DNA from: Chthoniobacteraceae bacterium
Lineage (GTDB): Bacteria; Verrucomicrobiota; Verrucomicrobiia; Chthoniobacterales; Chthoniobacteraceae
DNA: 64,000 nt
Assembly: GCA_044221185.1 (NCBI GenBank)
Contig: JBGAPP010000017.1
Location: 4,018 to 68,017 of the forward strand
Reading direction: 5' to 3'
In this document: positions 45,717 through 56,294 of the stretch, in pieces
How the letters are laid out: each line of letters begins with the position of its first letter
Position numbering within the stretch: the stretch's first letter is position 1
Position numbers and translations under genes: made by a program
The notes under the pieces: generated by a model
The model's input: the letters and a program-made list of their open reading frames with translations, nothing else
Database searches by the model: none
Told to the model about the DNA's origin: nothing

Positions 45717-48700
45717 ATGCCTCCTCCCGAGCGACAGCAGGAGATTGAGCGACAGCGCGGTCCGGCGCAGCGGCCCGGAATCGGGGATGCCGGCGGTGCT
45801 CCGCTGAATCCGCACGGGGATGCGGAGCGCCAGGACCCGGAATCGAAGGGCGAGCTGCTCGCGCGGTTCGCCGCATTCCGGGATCGGCAAATCCACGTCC
45901 TGGAACAACTGGCCGCCGGGGCATCGGCGACGAAGACTTTCGAGGCCGTGGTGCAGATGATCCAGGAGCAGTCGCCCGGCACGATCGCCTCGGTGCTCCT
46001 GCTCGATGAGAACGGGACGCACCTGCGGCACGGCGCGGCTCCCGACCTGCCGGCGGAGTATTGCCGGATGATCGACGGCGCCGCCATCGGCCCCTGCGCA
46101 GGCTCGTGCGGCACGGCGGCTTTCCGCGGCGAGCGCGTCATCGTGAGCGACATCGCCGCGGATCCGCTCTGGAAGAACTACAAGGGCCTCGCGCTGAAGC
46201 ACGGCCTGCGCTCGTGCTGGTCGGAGCCCGTCCTTTCCTCGCGGGGAAAAGTGCTCGGCACCTTTGCGATGTATCACCGGCACGTCAGCGAACCAACCGG
46301 CGAGGATTTGCAGAGCATCCGCGTGGTGGCGCACCTCGCGGGGATCGCGATCGAGCGCGAACGCTCGGAAGATGCGCGCAAGGCTGCCGAGCGGGAGCGC
46401 GACCAGAAGGAGCGCGACAACATCGCGCGGGCGCAGATCGCCGAGGCCGTGCGGGAGAGCGAGGAGCGCTATGCGCTCGCCGAGCAGGCCACGCGCGACG
46501 GCATCTGGGACTGGCGGCCGGAGACCGGGAGCACCTACCTGTCGCCGCAGTGGAAGGCGCTGCTCGGCTTCAAAAACAGCGAGCTGGACAACCAGCAGGC
46601 ATCGTTCTTCGCGCGAATCCACCCGGACGACGCGGCGCTGGTCCGCGAGGCGGTCCGCCTGCACATCGAGCAAAACCAGCCCTATTGCGTGGAGCTGCGG
46701 CTCCGCTGCAAGGATGGGCGCTACCGCTGGTTCGAGACGCGCGGAAAGGCGACTCGCGACGACGCGGGAAAGATCCTGCGGATGGTCGGCGCAACCAGCG
46801 ACATCACCGAACGCAAGCTGGCGAACCAGCGGCTGGCAATCCAGTATGCGGTGACGCGCGTGCTGTCGGACTCACAGTCGCTGGACGATGCCGTCCGCCG
46901 CATCATGCAGGCGATCTGCGAGGGGCTCGGCTGGGACTTGGGAGCGATCTGGCAGGTGTCCCGCCCGGAGAATGTCCTGCGATGCGTGAATCTCTGGCAC
47001 GCGCCTGACCGCAACCCAGGCGACTTCCTGACGGTCATTCGGGAGTCCGCGTTCGCGCCCGGCGCCGGAATTCCCGGCCGAGTCTGGCAACGCGGAGAGC
47101 CGCTCTGGATTCCGGACTTGGCACTGGACCAAAACTTCCCGCGCCGCCCGCAGGCCGCGATCGCGGGCCTGCATGCAGCGTTCGCATTTCCCCTCCGGCG
47201 CGGCAGCGAAGTCCTCGGCGTGCTGGAGGCGTTCAGCCACGAGATTCAGGAGCCCGACGAGGAGCTTCTGCAGATGATGAACGGCATCGGCAGCCAAATC
47301 GGTCTCTTCATCGAGCGCCGGGAGGCCGAGGCGGAGCTCGCGCGCAGCGAGCAGAAATACCGGCAGCTCTTCGAGTCCTCGCGCGACGCCATCATGACGC
47401 TGTTTCCCCCCGAGTGGAAATTCACGAGCGCAAACGCGGCCACCATCGAGCTGTTCGGCGTGCGGGACGAGCAGCAGTTCGTCTCGGTCGGGCCGTGGAA
47501 CCTCTCGCCGGAACGGCAGCCGGACGGGGAGCTTTCCTCGACGGCGGCGCAGCGCGCGATCGAAACGGCGATGGAGCGCGGCTCGCACTTTTTTGAGTGG
47601 ACGCACCAGCGGCTCGATGGCGCCCCGTTTTTCGCCACAGTGCTGCTGACGCGCATCGAGCTCGACGGAAAAACCGGCCTGCAGGCGACAGTCCGCGACA
47701 TCACCCAGCAGAAGCGCGCGGAGGAGGAGCTGGGCCTCGTCTCAAACCGGCTGCAGCTCGCCACGCGCGCGGCCTCCGTCGGCGTGTGGGACTTTGACCC
47801 CGTGAACAACATCCTCGTCTGGGACGACGCGATGTTCCGCGTCTTCGGAATCACGCGGGAGAGTTTCGCAGGCACCTATCAGGCCTGGCAGGCGACAGTG
47901 CATCCCGATGATCTGCCGCGCGAACTCGATCGCGTGCAGATGGCGCTGCGCGGCGAACGGGAGTTTGACAGCGAGTTCCGCGTGATTTGGCCGGACAAAT
48001 CCATCCACCACATCAAGGCGAACGCCTCGGTCTTCCGCGATGCTGCCGGCAAGGCGGTCCGGATGATCGGCACGAACTGGGACATCACCGCCCAAAAGCG
48101 CGCGGAGGAGGAGCTGGCGCACACCGTGGCGGAGCTGGCGCGCTCGAATGCGGACCTTGTCCAGTTTGCATCAGCCGCCTCGCACGACTTGCAGGAGCCC
48201 CTGCGCGCCGTCGTCGGCTGCGTGGAACTGCTGGAGCGGCGCTACCGCGACAAGCTCGATGACCAGGCGCGCGAATGGATCCATCTCACCGTGGATGGTG
48301 CTCGGCGCATGCAGACGCTCATCCGCGACCTGCTCGCCTATTCGCGCGTCGGCACGCGCGGAAAATCGTTTGAGGAGACCGACTCCGGCGCGGCGCTCAA
48401 TGCGGCGCTCGCGAACCTCGCCACCGCGATCCGCGAGAGCGGGGCCGCCATCACACACGATCCCCTCCCCTCGGTGGTGGCGGATCCGACGCAGCTCACA
48501 CAGCTTTTTCAGAACCTCATCGGCAACGCCCTCAAGTTCTGCAAGGAGCGCCGTCCGGAAATCCGGATCAGCGCCAAGCGCGATTCGGGAAGCTGGAGGT
48601 TTTCCGTGCGGGACAACGGCATCGGCATCGAGCCGCAGTATCGCGGGCGGATTTTCGAGATTTTCCAGCGGTTGCACACGCGCGCGGAGTATCCCGGCAC

Positions 48701-48830
48701 CGGCATCGGGCTCGCGATCTGCCAGCGCATCGTCGAGCGCCACGGCGGACGGATCTGGGTGGAGTCGGAGTTGGGGAAAGGTTCGACGTTTCACTTCACC
48801 ATCCCGAAAGTGCCGAAGCAACGCCCATGA
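45717..48830 (+). CDS. Multi-domain sensor histidine kinase (GAF-PAS-GAF-PAS-PAS-HisKA-HATPase_c)
   Basis: ORF 45594..48830. The listed start lies inside the ppdK terminator, so I prefer the ATG at 45717. PAS blocks (...DGIWDWRPETG..., ...VGVWDFDPVNN...). H-box ASAASHDLQEPLR. GTGIGLAICQRIVERHGGRIWVES. Confidence 0.9.
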   Translation: MPPPERQQEIERQRGPAQRPGIGDAGGAPLNPHGDAERQDPESKGELLARFAAFRDRQIHVLEQLAAGASATKTFEAVVQMIQEQSPGTIASVLLLDENGTHLRHGAAPDLPAEYCRMIDGAAIGPCAGSCGTAAFRGERVIVSDIAADPLWKNYKGLALKHGLRSCWSEPVLSSRGKVLGTFAMYHRHVSEPTGEDLQSIRVVAHLAGIAIERERSEDARKAAERERDQKERDNIARAQIAEAVRESEERYALAEQATRDGIWDWRPETGSTYLSPQWKALLGFKNSELDNQQASFFARIHPDDAALVREAVRLHIEQNQPYCVELRLRCKDGRYRWFETRGKATRDDAGKILRMVGATSDITERKLANQRLAIQYAVTRVLSDSQSLDDAVRRIMQAICEGLGWDLGAIWQVSRPENVLRCVNLWHAPDRNPGDFLTVIRESAFAPGAGIPGRVWQRGEPLWIPDLALDQNFPRRPQAAIAGLHAAFAFPLRRGSEVLGVLEAFSHEIQEPDEELLQMMNGIGSQIGLFIERREAEAELARSEQKYRQLFESSRDAIMTLFPPEWKFTSANAATIELFGVRDEQQFVSVGPWNLSPERQPDGELSSTAAQRAIETAMERGSHFFEWTHQRLDGAPFFATVLLTRIELDGKTGLQATVRDITQQKRAEEELGLVSNRLQLATRAASVGVWDFDPVNNILVWDDAMFRVFGITRESFAGTYQAWQATVHPDDLPRELDRVQMALRGEREFDSEFRVIWPDKSIHHIKANASVFRDAAGKAVRMIGTNWDITAQKRAEEELAHTVAELARSNADLVQFASAASHDLQEPLRAVVGCVELLERRYRDKLDDQAREWIHLTVDGARRMQTLIRDLLAYSRVGTRGKSFEETDSGAALNAALANLATAIRESGAAITHDPLPSVVADPTQLTQLFQNLIGNALKFCKERRPEIRISAKRDSGSWRFSVRDNGIGIEPQYRGRIFEIFQRLHTRAEYPGTGIGLAICQRIVERHGGRIWVESELGKGSTFHFTIPKVPKQRP

Positions 48831-49276
48831 ATTTCAGGCCGGACGACACACCGATAGACATTCTTCTCGTGGAGGACAGCAACACGGACGCGCTCTTCGC
48901 CGCGGAGGCCTTCTCCGAGTGCAGGCTCCCGCACCGCTTCCACGTGGTGGAGGACGGCGTGAAGGCGATCACCTTCCTGCGCCGCGAGGCGCCCTACGCC
49001 GCATCACCGCGTCCCCACCTCATCCTGCTCGACCTGAACCTGCCGAAGAAGAACGGCTTCGAGGTGCTCGCCGAGATCAAGGCGGATGAGCTGCTGTGTT
49101 TGATTCCCGTGATCGTCCTCACAAGCTCAAGCGCGGACAACGACGTGCTCAGGAGCTACCAGCTCCACGCCAACGCCTACGTCACGAAGCCATCCGGGCT
49201 CGACTCGTATGCGGATGCCGTCGCCTCCATCGAGAAATTCTGGTTCTCATCGGCGACGCTGCCCAACCGCGCCTGA
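48827..49276 (+). CDS. Single-domain response regulator (CheY-like)
   Basis: IDILLVEDSNTD...HLILLDLNLPKKNG...VIVLTSS...NAYVTKP. ATGA overlap with the kinase gene. Confidence 0.9.
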   Translation: MNFRPDDTPIDILLVEDSNTDALFAAEAFSECRLPHRFHVVEDGVKAITFLRREAPYAASPRPHLILLDLNLPKKNGFEVLAEIKADELLCLIPVIVLTSSSADNDVLRSYQLHANAYVTKPSGLDSYADAVASIEKFWFSSATLPNRA

Positions 49277-49300
49277 GCGGCCGCGCGGCCAATCCTCCGC

Positions 49301-50587
49301 TCAGCGGCGCGGCTTCTGCGACGCGAGCCAGTTTGCGGCGAACTGCGAGATGAAAGTGCCTATGAAGAACGCCTGCAGGCACTCCACCGCGGCGGAGCCG
49401 AGCGGCGAGCGCGCCGGCGGATCCAGCAGCAGGACCGCGAGCACTGCGAAAAGACCGAGCGCGCCGAGAACGGCGGCGATCGCTGCCATCGTCAGCCGGG
49501 GCCATCCGCGCTCGCACCCAAAGATCGCAATCGTCGGCAGCGCGAGCAGCCCGAGCACGAGCGCGAGCAGCAGGTATTCAAACCTCCTTCCTGCAAACAG
49601 CCACACACTCAGCGACAGCAGCGCGAAACCGAGCAGCATCCCGGTCCAGCTTGCCTGATTCCGCTGATCGCCGCTCAGCGCGTGCCGCCCGTGCGGATGC
49701 AGGAAGAGCATCAGGTTGAACAGCGGATACGCGAGCCACGTGAGCAGCGCGAACGCGACATAGAGCACGCGGAGCGGCAGGATCCACGGGGCCAGCGCGG
49801 GGCTGGAGTCTGAAAGCGACGCAAGCATGCGATTGCCGAAATATCCGCCGAGGAGGATGCCCCAGCGCGCGCGGTCCGAAAGCTTCGACACCCACAGAAA
49901 ATACCGCAGCATCAGCGCGTAGAGCGGGTTCCCCGCCTTGATCGCCTCCACGAGGCCCGCTCGCGCCCAGTCGTTCTCCGGATCGAGCCGCAGGCTTTCG
50001 CGGAAATGCTCCATCGCCTCGCGGCGGGCGCCGGAGTGCAGCAGCGTCCAGCCCTTGTTCGCGTGCGAAATTGAGTTGTCCGGGTCGCGCGCCAGCGTCG
50101 CGTCGAGCGTCGCGCCGGCCTCGGACTTCCTGCCGAGCTTCACGAGCGCCATCGCCCGCAGGTTGTTGCAGTTCACGTGCTCGGGGTCGAACTGCAGGCC
50201 CGTCTCCGCCGCATCGAGCGCGGCCTGCCAGCGGCGTCGGTCGAACTCGATCGCCGCGAGCGTCCCGTGGTAATCGGCGTCCGCCGGTTCCAACCGGATC
50301 GCCTCCTGAATCGCAGCCGCGGCCTCGTCGTCCCGGTTGCGCGCCGAGAGCACCCGCGCCATCGCGTAATGCGAGAAAGCCGCGTCCGGCTCGAGCCCGA
50401 TTGCCTCGCGCGCGGATTCCTCGGCCTCGCTGCGACGCTCGATCTCCAGCAGGCTCAGCGCGAGCAGCGAATGCGCGAATGCATCCGACGGCGCGCCTGC
50501 GAGGTGCTGGCGGAGTTCCTTCTCAGCGTGTTCGTGCCGGCCCTGCGCCTGGAGCACGAGCGCGCGCTGGATTTGTGCGCTTTGCAT
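49301..50587 (-). CDS. TPR-repeat protein with a C-terminal polytopic membrane domain
   Basis: The N-terminal ~200 aa are TPR (…GRHEHAEKELRQHLA..., ...NRDDEAAAAIQEAIRLEP...). The C-terminal half has about 5-6 hydrophobic helices (WGILLGGYF..., LRVLYVAFALLTWLAYPLFNLML...). Confidence 0.7.
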   Translation of the reverse strand: MQSAQIQRALVLQAQGRHEHAEKELRQHLAGAPSDAFAHSLLALSLLEIERRSEAEESAREAIGLEPDAAFSHYAMARVLSARNRDDEAAAAIQEAIRLEPADADYHGTLAAIEFDRRRWQAALDAAETGLQFDPEHVNCNNLRAMALVKLGRKSEAGATLDATLARDPDNSISHANKGWTLLHSGARREAMEHFRESLRLDPENDWARAGLVEAIKAGNPLYALMLRYFLWVSKLSDRARWGILLGGYFGNRMLASLSDSSPALAPWILPLRVLYVAFALLTWLAYPLFNLMLFLHPHGRHALSGDQRNQASWTGMLLGFALLSLSVWLFAGRRFEYLLLALVLGLLALPTIAIFGCERGWPRLTMAAIAAVLGALGLFAVLAVLLLDPPARSPLGSAAVECLQAFFIGTFISQFAANWLASQKPRR

Positions 50588-50599
50588 CGCCGGGAAAAA

Positions 50600-51985
50600 T
50601 CAGAGCTTCAGGTGCTTCAGGATGTCGTCGTAAACGCCGCCCTGGTTCGAGTAGAGCGCGTAGTTCTTCGCCGTGGCAAACCACTCGCGCGTCGTCGCCT
50701 TCTGCGACGCTGCGGCGGTCAGCAAATCCTTGGTGCGGATCGGCGACGGTGTCCCCGTCTTCATCGCCTCGCGCAGCTTGTTCTCGATGGTGATGTCCAC
50801 CACGGCCTTCAGGTCCGCGCCGGAAAATCCATCGCACTTCTTCGCCACCGCGTCGCAGTCCAGCTCCTCCTGCGGCTTGCCGCGGAGGTTCAGGCGCAGC
50901 ACCGCCCCGCGCGCGGCCGCGTCCGGTGGCGGCACGAAGAGGATGCGGTCGAATCGCCCCGGCCTGCGGAACGCGCTGTCGAGGTGCCACGGCGCGTTCG
51001 TCGCGCCGAGGATGAGCACGCCCTCGTTGCTCGCCTTCACGCCATCCAGCTCGGAGAGGAACTGGTTGATGAGGTGCCGCCCCGCGCTCGTCTTCATGTC
51101 CGTGCGGCTCGCGCCGAGCGCGTCCACCTCGTCGAAAAAGAGAACGCACGGCGCATTGCGGCGCGCCTGCTCGAAGAGCGAGTGCAGGTTCCGCTCGCTG
51201 TTACCGATCCACATGTCGAGCACGTCGTGGATCCCCACGGCGATGAACCCCGCCTTCACCTCGCCCGCCGTCGCGCGCGCGAGGTGCGTCTTTCCGCAGC
51301 CCGGCGGGCCATACATCAGGATGCCGCCGCCGATGCTCTTGCCGTAGGCCTTGAACACCTCCGCGTGCGAGAGCGGGTAGATGATCTTCAGCCGGATCTC
51401 CTCCTTCAGCGCGTCCATCCCGCCCACGTCGGCGAATGTGATCTTCGGCCGCTCCACCTCCGCGGGCGCGGCGTCGTCGCCGCCCTCCCACGACTGGCGC
51501 ACGCGGCCTTCCACCACCTCGTCCTCGGCGCCCGGCGGGGAAAAAGGCGCCGCCTCCTCCGGCTCCGGCGTCGCGCGGATGCCGAGGCGCGCCGCGAAAT
51601 CCGCGTCCGCCGCAGCCGCCTCCTTCTCCACGCCGCGCCGGTATTGCCGCACCGCCTGCTCCACCTCGCCGATGCCCGCGAGGATCCGCGCATGCAGCAC
51701 GAACGCGCGCGCCGGCGCGTCGTGCGATTTCAACAGATCCTCCAGCACCACCAGCGCGTGGCTGTTTTTGCCACCCGCGTGGAAGGCGCGCGCCAGCCCG
51801 AACTTCAGCGCCGCACTTTCCGGCGCAAGCGTGAGCGCCGCCTTGAACTCCTCCTCGGCCGCCGAGGCGAGTCCATGTGAAAGCAGCGCGTCGCCCAGCG
51901 CCACGCGCAGCGGGATGTTCGTCGGTGAGAGACGGGCCGCTTCCCGGAGCGGGCGGAGCGATTCTGGTTCCGGATTCGTTGCCAT
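50600..51985 (-). CDS. AAA+ ATPase (classical CDC48/FtsH-type module) with an N-terminal TPR domain
   Basis: Internal ATG (cat at 51983-51985) of ORF 50600..52126. Walker A GPPGCGKTHLA; Walker B VLFFDEVD; second region of homology GATNAPWHLDSAFRRPGRFD. Confidence 0.85.
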   Translation of the reverse strand: MATNPEPESLRPLREAARLSPTNIPLRVALGDALLSHGLASAAEEEFKAALTLAPESAALKFGLARAFHAGGKNSHALVVLEDLLKSHDAPARAFVLHARILAGIGEVEQAVRQYRRGVEKEAAAADADFAARLGIRATPEPEEAAPFSPPGAEDEVVEGRVRQSWEGGDDAAPAEVERPKITFADVGGMDALKEEIRLKIIYPLSHAEVFKAYGKSIGGGILMYGPPGCGKTHLARATAGEVKAGFIAVGIHDVLDMWIGNSERNLHSLFEQARRNAPCVLFFDEVDALGASRTDMKTSAGRHLINQFLSELDGVKASNEGVLILGATNAPWHLDSAFRRPGRFDRILFVPPPDAAARGAVLRLNLRGKPQEELDCDAVAKKCDGFSGADLKAVVDITIENKLREAMKTGTPSPIRTKDLLTAAASQKATTREWFATAKNYALYSNQGGVYDDILKHLKL

Positions 51986-52077
51986 CGCGCGAACGTGCCC
52001 GTGCAACCGCCGATGAAAAGCGGAAAGATGCCGCGGCACGCACCGCCCGCGCTGGTTTTTTATTGGCGCGGGCCGCG

Positions 52078-53904
52078 ATGCGCGCCGAACCTCCCCACGT
52101 GATGAATGCGCAGGCCACACCTCCACTCGATCATGGGGTCATCGGCAACGGTCGGGTGCTCGCGCTGGTCTCGCCCACGAGCGCCGTCGAGTGGCTGTGC
52201 CTGCCGCGCTTCGATTCGCCGTCGGTCTTCGCGCGCATCCTCGACCGGGAGAAGGGCGGCTCCTTCATCATCGAGCACGCCTCGGGCGAGGTGCGCGGAA
52301 AGTCGGAATACCTCACGAACACCAACGTGCTGCGGACCGTCTTCGAGGCCGGCGACGCATCGTGGGAGGTGATCGACTTTGCACCGCGGCTGCTCGACGG
52401 GATGGAGATCCGCGTGCCCTTCGAACTCGCGCGCCTCGTGCGCCCCCTGCGCGGGCACCCGCGGCTGCGCGCCCGCTTCGAGCCGCGCCCGGACTACTCC
52501 CGAGCGGAGGTGCAGATGATGCCGGCGGGCGACTGCCTGCTCATCACCGGCGCCGCAGAGCCGCTGCGGCTCTTCACGGATGTGCCGATGCCCTACGTCA
52601 CAGGCATGCGCGAGTTCGCGTTGGACAAGCCGATGTTCTTCTCGCTCGTCTGCGGCGGCACGCGCCAGCGCATCACGCTCTGGCACGTGCTGGAGCAGTT
52701 CGAGCGCACCGTGGAAGGCTGGCGTCGCTGGGCGATGACATGCGCGCTGCCCACCTTCGCGCCGGACGCCGTGCTGCGCTCGGCGCTGGTGCTCAAGCTC
52801 CACCAATACCACGACACAGGCGCGATCATCGCCGCGACGACCACAAGCATCCCCGAGGCGATGGGCACGCCGCGCACGTGGGATTACCGCTACTGCTGGC
52901 TGCGCGACGCCGCGTTCGTAGTCGAGGCGCTGCGCCGGCTCTCGCACCTGCGCGAGGGGGAGGAATTCCTGCGCTACCTGCGCGATGTCGCAGAAGCCGG
53001 GCCGCTCCAACCCCTCTACGGCATCGGCGGCGAACGCGATCTGCCCGAGGAGGTGCTCGGCCATCTCAGCGGGTTCGGCGGCAGCGGCCCGGTCCGCATC
53101 GGAAATCAGGCGGCCGAGCAGCGGCAGAACGACCTGATGGGCGAGTTGATCCTCTGCCTTGAGACGCTGCTCACCGACCCACGGCTCGCGCACCTGCGCG
53201 GCGGCGATTATTTCCCGCTCGTGCACCGGCTCGTGGAGGAGGCCGTCGCCGCCGCACCGACCCTCGACACGGGCATCTGGGAATTCCGCCAGATGCTGCG
53301 CCCCTACACCTTCTCACGCGCGATGTGCTGGGTCGCGATCTCGCGTGGTGCAAAGCTCGCACGGCACCTCGGCGAAACCGTCCATGCCTCGCGCTGGGAA
53401 AAGATCGCCGAGGCGGAGCGCGAAATCGTGCTCACGCGCGGCTTCAACGCGGCTGAAGGCTTTTTCACACAGGCCCTCGACGGGAAACACCCGGACGCCT
53501 CGCTGCTGCTGCTCCCCACCATCGGCATCGTGGATGCAAAGGACCCGCGCTTTGTCTCCACAGTCGAAGCCTACCAGCGCATCCTCGCGCCCGACGGCCT
53601 GATGAAGCGCTACATCGCGCTCGACGACTTCGGCGAGACGACCAGTGCCTTCACCATCTGCTCCTTCTGGTGGTGCGAGGCGCTCGCTCTCATGGGGCGG
53701 CTCGACGAGGCCTGCGAATTGTTCCACCGCCTCGAGCGCCACTCCAACGCACTCCGGCTATTCTCCGAGGACATCGAGCCGGGGACCGGCGCCATGCTCG
53801 GCAATTATCCGCAGGCATACACCCACGTGGGCCTCATTCACGCAGCGATGACCATCTCCGAGCTCCTCGAGGCGCGCGACGGAAAGGCGCGCGCGTGGGC
53901 GTGA
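52078..53904 (+). CDS. Glycoside hydrolase family 15 (glucoamylase/trehalase-like)
   Basis: LDHGVIGNGRVLALVSPTSAVEWLCLPRFDSPSVFARIL is the typical GH15 N-terminus. ...YRYCWLRDAAFVV... and ...FWWCEALALMG... belong to the (alpha/alpha)6 barrel. Start is either 52078 or 52102. Confidence 0.8.
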   Translation: MRAEPPHVMNAQATPPLDHGVIGNGRVLALVSPTSAVEWLCLPRFDSPSVFARILDREKGGSFIIEHASGEVRGKSEYLTNTNVLRTVFEAGDASWEVIDFAPRLLDGMEIRVPFELARLVRPLRGHPRLRARFEPRPDYSRAEVQMMPAGDCLLITGAAEPLRLFTDVPMPYVTGMREFALDKPMFFSLVCGGTRQRITLWHVLEQFERTVEGWRRWAMTCALPTFAPDAVLRSALVLKLHQYHDTGAIIAATTTSIPEAMGTPRTWDYRYCWLRDAAFVVEALRRLSHLREGEEFLRYLRDVAEAGPLQPLYGIGGERDLPEEVLGHLSGFGGSGPVRIGNQAAEQRQNDLMGELILCLETLLTDPRLAHLRGGDYFPLVHRLVEEAVAAAPTLDTGIWEFRQMLRPYTFSRAMCWVAISRGAKLARHLGETVHASRWEKIAEAEREIVLTRGFNAAEGFFTQALDGKHPDASLLLLPTIGIVDAKDPRFVSTVEAYQRILAPDGLMKRYIALDDFGETTSAFTICSFWWCEALALMGRLDEACELFHRLERHSNALRLFSEDIEPGTGAMLGNYPQAYTHVGLIHAAMTISELLEARDGKARAWA

Positions 53905-53974
53905 GGCATCGCCGCCGACGCGCAATTTCCCGCGCCCCCTGAGTCCCGCAGGGACGATTCAATCCAGAACATCC

Positions 53975-56227
53975 ATGCCACGCTTCATCATCGTCTCCAA
54001 CCGCCTTCCCGTCACCGTCGTCCCGCAAGAGGACGGCTGCGAGCTGAAGCCCTCAGTTGGCGGACTCGCTACCGCGCTTTCCGGCCTCGGCGGCGAGGGC
54101 GGGATGCTGTGGATCGGATGGCCTGGGGAAACCGCGGCATTCTCCGAGGAGACACGCCGGCAGCTCGACTCCGACCTCGCCGCGCGCAGCCTCGCCCCGG
54201 TCCACCTCTCGGCGGCGGAGGTGGAGAGCTTCTACGAAGGATTCTCCAACGGCGTCCTCTGGCCCCTCTTTCACTACCAGATCGAACGCGTGAACATGGA
54301 CGCGTGGCGCGACTGGGAGACCTACGAATCGGTCAACCGCAAGTTCGCCGAAGCTGTCGCCGCGCAGTGGCGCGAGGGCGACCGCATCTGGATTCATGAT
54401 TACCACCTGATGCTCGCGCCGGCGATGCTGCGCGAACTCCTCCCGCACGCCTGCATCGGCTTCTTCCTGCACATCCCGTTTCCCTCCATGGAAGTATTTC
54501 GCACGCTGCCGTGGCGGCGTGAGATCGTCCACGGCCTGCTCGGCGCGGACGTCATCGGCTTCCACACCTACGGCTACCAGCGCCACTTCGCCGCGTGCCT
54601 TCTTCGCATCATGTCACTCGACGTCGTCGTGGACGAGTTTCACTGGAAAGGCCGCACCGTGCGGATCGGCGCTTTTCCCATCAGCATCGACACTGCTGAA
54701 TTCACCGCTCGCGCCAGCGACCCTGCCACCGCCAAAGCCGCGGCGAAACACACCTCGCATTCTCCCCGCGTGAAGCTGCTCCTCGGCGTGGACCGCCTCG
54801 ACTACAGCAAGGGCCTGCCCCGCCGGATGCTCGCCATCGAGCGGCTGCTCGAGATCGACCCATCGCTTGCCGGCCGCTTCCGCTTTGTTCAGATCGCCGC
54901 CCCATCGCGCACCAATGTGGCGGCCTACGCGCAGTTCCGCCGCGGCCTCGATGAACTCGTCGGCCGCATCAACGGCCGCTTCTCCACCACCGACTGGGCG
55001 CCCATCCACTATCTCAACCGCGGCGCATCCATCGAGGAACTAATCCCGCTCTACCGCGCCGCGGATGTGATGGTTGTCACCCCCCTCGCGGACGGCATGA
55101 ACCTCGTCGCGAAGGAATTCATCGCGTGCCGCGTGAACGACGACGGCGTCCTCGTCCTCAGCGAATTCGCCGGCGCGGCGTGGGAACTGGGTGAGGCCGT
55201 TCAGGTGAACCCCTACAACGTCCACCAGACTGCGCTCGCCCTCCAGCAAGCCATCCTCATGGATCCCGCCGAGCAGCGCGCCCGGATGGCGACACTGCGG
55301 CAGCGCGTGGCGAAATGGGACATCCACGCATGGGTGCGCGGCTTCACCGGCGCCATGGAGTCTGCCACCGCGCGCCCGGAGGAGAAGCCCGTCGAGGGCA
55401 ACCCGCCGAGCGCCACGGAAATCTCCCTCATGCACTCCGCGCGGCACCTTCACCTGCTGCTCGACTACGACGGCACGCTCGTCCCCTTTGCCGCGCGCCC
55501 GGAACTCGCCAACCCCGACCCCGACCTTCTCGATCTGCTGAAGTCCCTCGCCTCCCACCCGAACCTCAGCGTTCACATCATCAGCGGGCGCCCGCGCGCG
55601 GCTCTCGACAGCTGGTTCCGCAAGCTCCGCGTCGGTCTCCACGCCGAACACGGCTTCTGGAGCCGCACGCCCGGCGGTGAATGGCGGGCAAACACCGCCC
55701 TCAGCCACGGTTGGAAGGAGCGCATCCGGCCCGTAATGGAGAACTTCGCCGCTTGCACCCCTGGCGCATTCGTCGAGGAAAAGGAAGCCGCCCTCTGCTG
55801 GCACTACCGCCTTTCGGAGCCGGATCTCGGCTCAAGACAAAGCCGGGAACTCACACTGCACCTCACCGGCTTCCTTGCGAACCTCCCTGTCGAGGTCATG
55901 CCTGGCCACCGCACCGTTGAGGTCCGCCAGCACGGCGTGAACAAGGGCATTGTCCTGCCAGCCATCCTTGCCGCCATCATCACCTCGCCGGAGGAGTTCG
56001 TCGTCGCATTCGGTGACGATCGCACCGACGAGGACCTCTTCGCGGCACTCCCCGCGCACTGCATGGGCATCAAGGTTGGTGAGGGCGCCACGCTCGCAAA
56101 GCGCCGCCTGCGCGACCCCGCCGCCGTGCGCACATTCCTCCGCGACCTCCTGCAAAACTGCGGTCGTGGGAAAATGAAGCCGCCGTCTTCCATCAAGGGA
56201 TTCTTCCGGCGTCTGGTGGGGAGGTGA
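53975..56227 (+). CDS. otsA: Bifunctional trehalose-6-phosphate synthase / phosphatase (OtsA-OtsB fusion)
   Basis: [13 protein letters not shown]..., [19 protein letters not shown], and [12 protein letters not shown] are GT20 motifs. The C-terminal third has [12 protein letters not shown] and [11 protein letters not shown] (HAD phosphatase motifs). Confidence 0.9.
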   Translation: MPRFIIVSNRLPVTVVPQEDGCELKPSVGGLATALSGLGGEGGMLWIGWPGETAAFSEETRRQLDSDLAARSLAPVHLSAAEVESFYEGFSNGVLWPLFHYQIERVNMDAWRDWETYESVNRKFAEAVAAQWREGDRIWIHDYHLMLAPAMLRELLPHACIGFFLHIPFPSMEVFRTLPWRREIVHGLLGADVIGFHTYGYQRHFAACLLRIMSLDVVVDEFHWKGRTVRIGAFPISIDTAEFTARASDPATAKAAAKHTSHSPRVKLLLGVDRLDYSKGLPRRMLAIERLLEIDPSLAGRFRFVQIAAPSRTNVAAYAQFRRGLDELVGRINGRFSTTDWAPIHYLNRGASIEELIPLYRAADVMVVTPLADGMNLVAKEFIACRVNDDGVLVLSEFAGAAWELGEAVQVNPYNVHQTALALQQAILMDPAEQRARMATLRQRVAKWDIHAWVRGFTGAMESATARPEEKPVEGNPPSATEISLMHSARHLHLLLDYDGTLVPFAARPELANPDPDLLDLLKSLASHPNLSVHIISGRPRAALDSWFRKLRVGLHAEHGFWSRTPGGEWRANTALSHGWKERIRPVMENFAACTPGAFVEEKEAALCWHYRLSEPDLGSRQSRELTLHLTGFLANLPVEVMPGHRTVEVRQHGVNKGIVLPAILAAIITSPEEFVVAFGDDRTDEDLFAALPAHCMGIKVGEGATLAKRRLRDPAAVRTFLRDLLQNCGRGKMKPPSSIKGFFRRLVGR

Positions 56228-56294
56228 CGTCCGCGCCGATTCCGCCACGGCTTTTTCATTTTCCTACCCTGCCGCGCAGCCTACGCTCGCGCGC

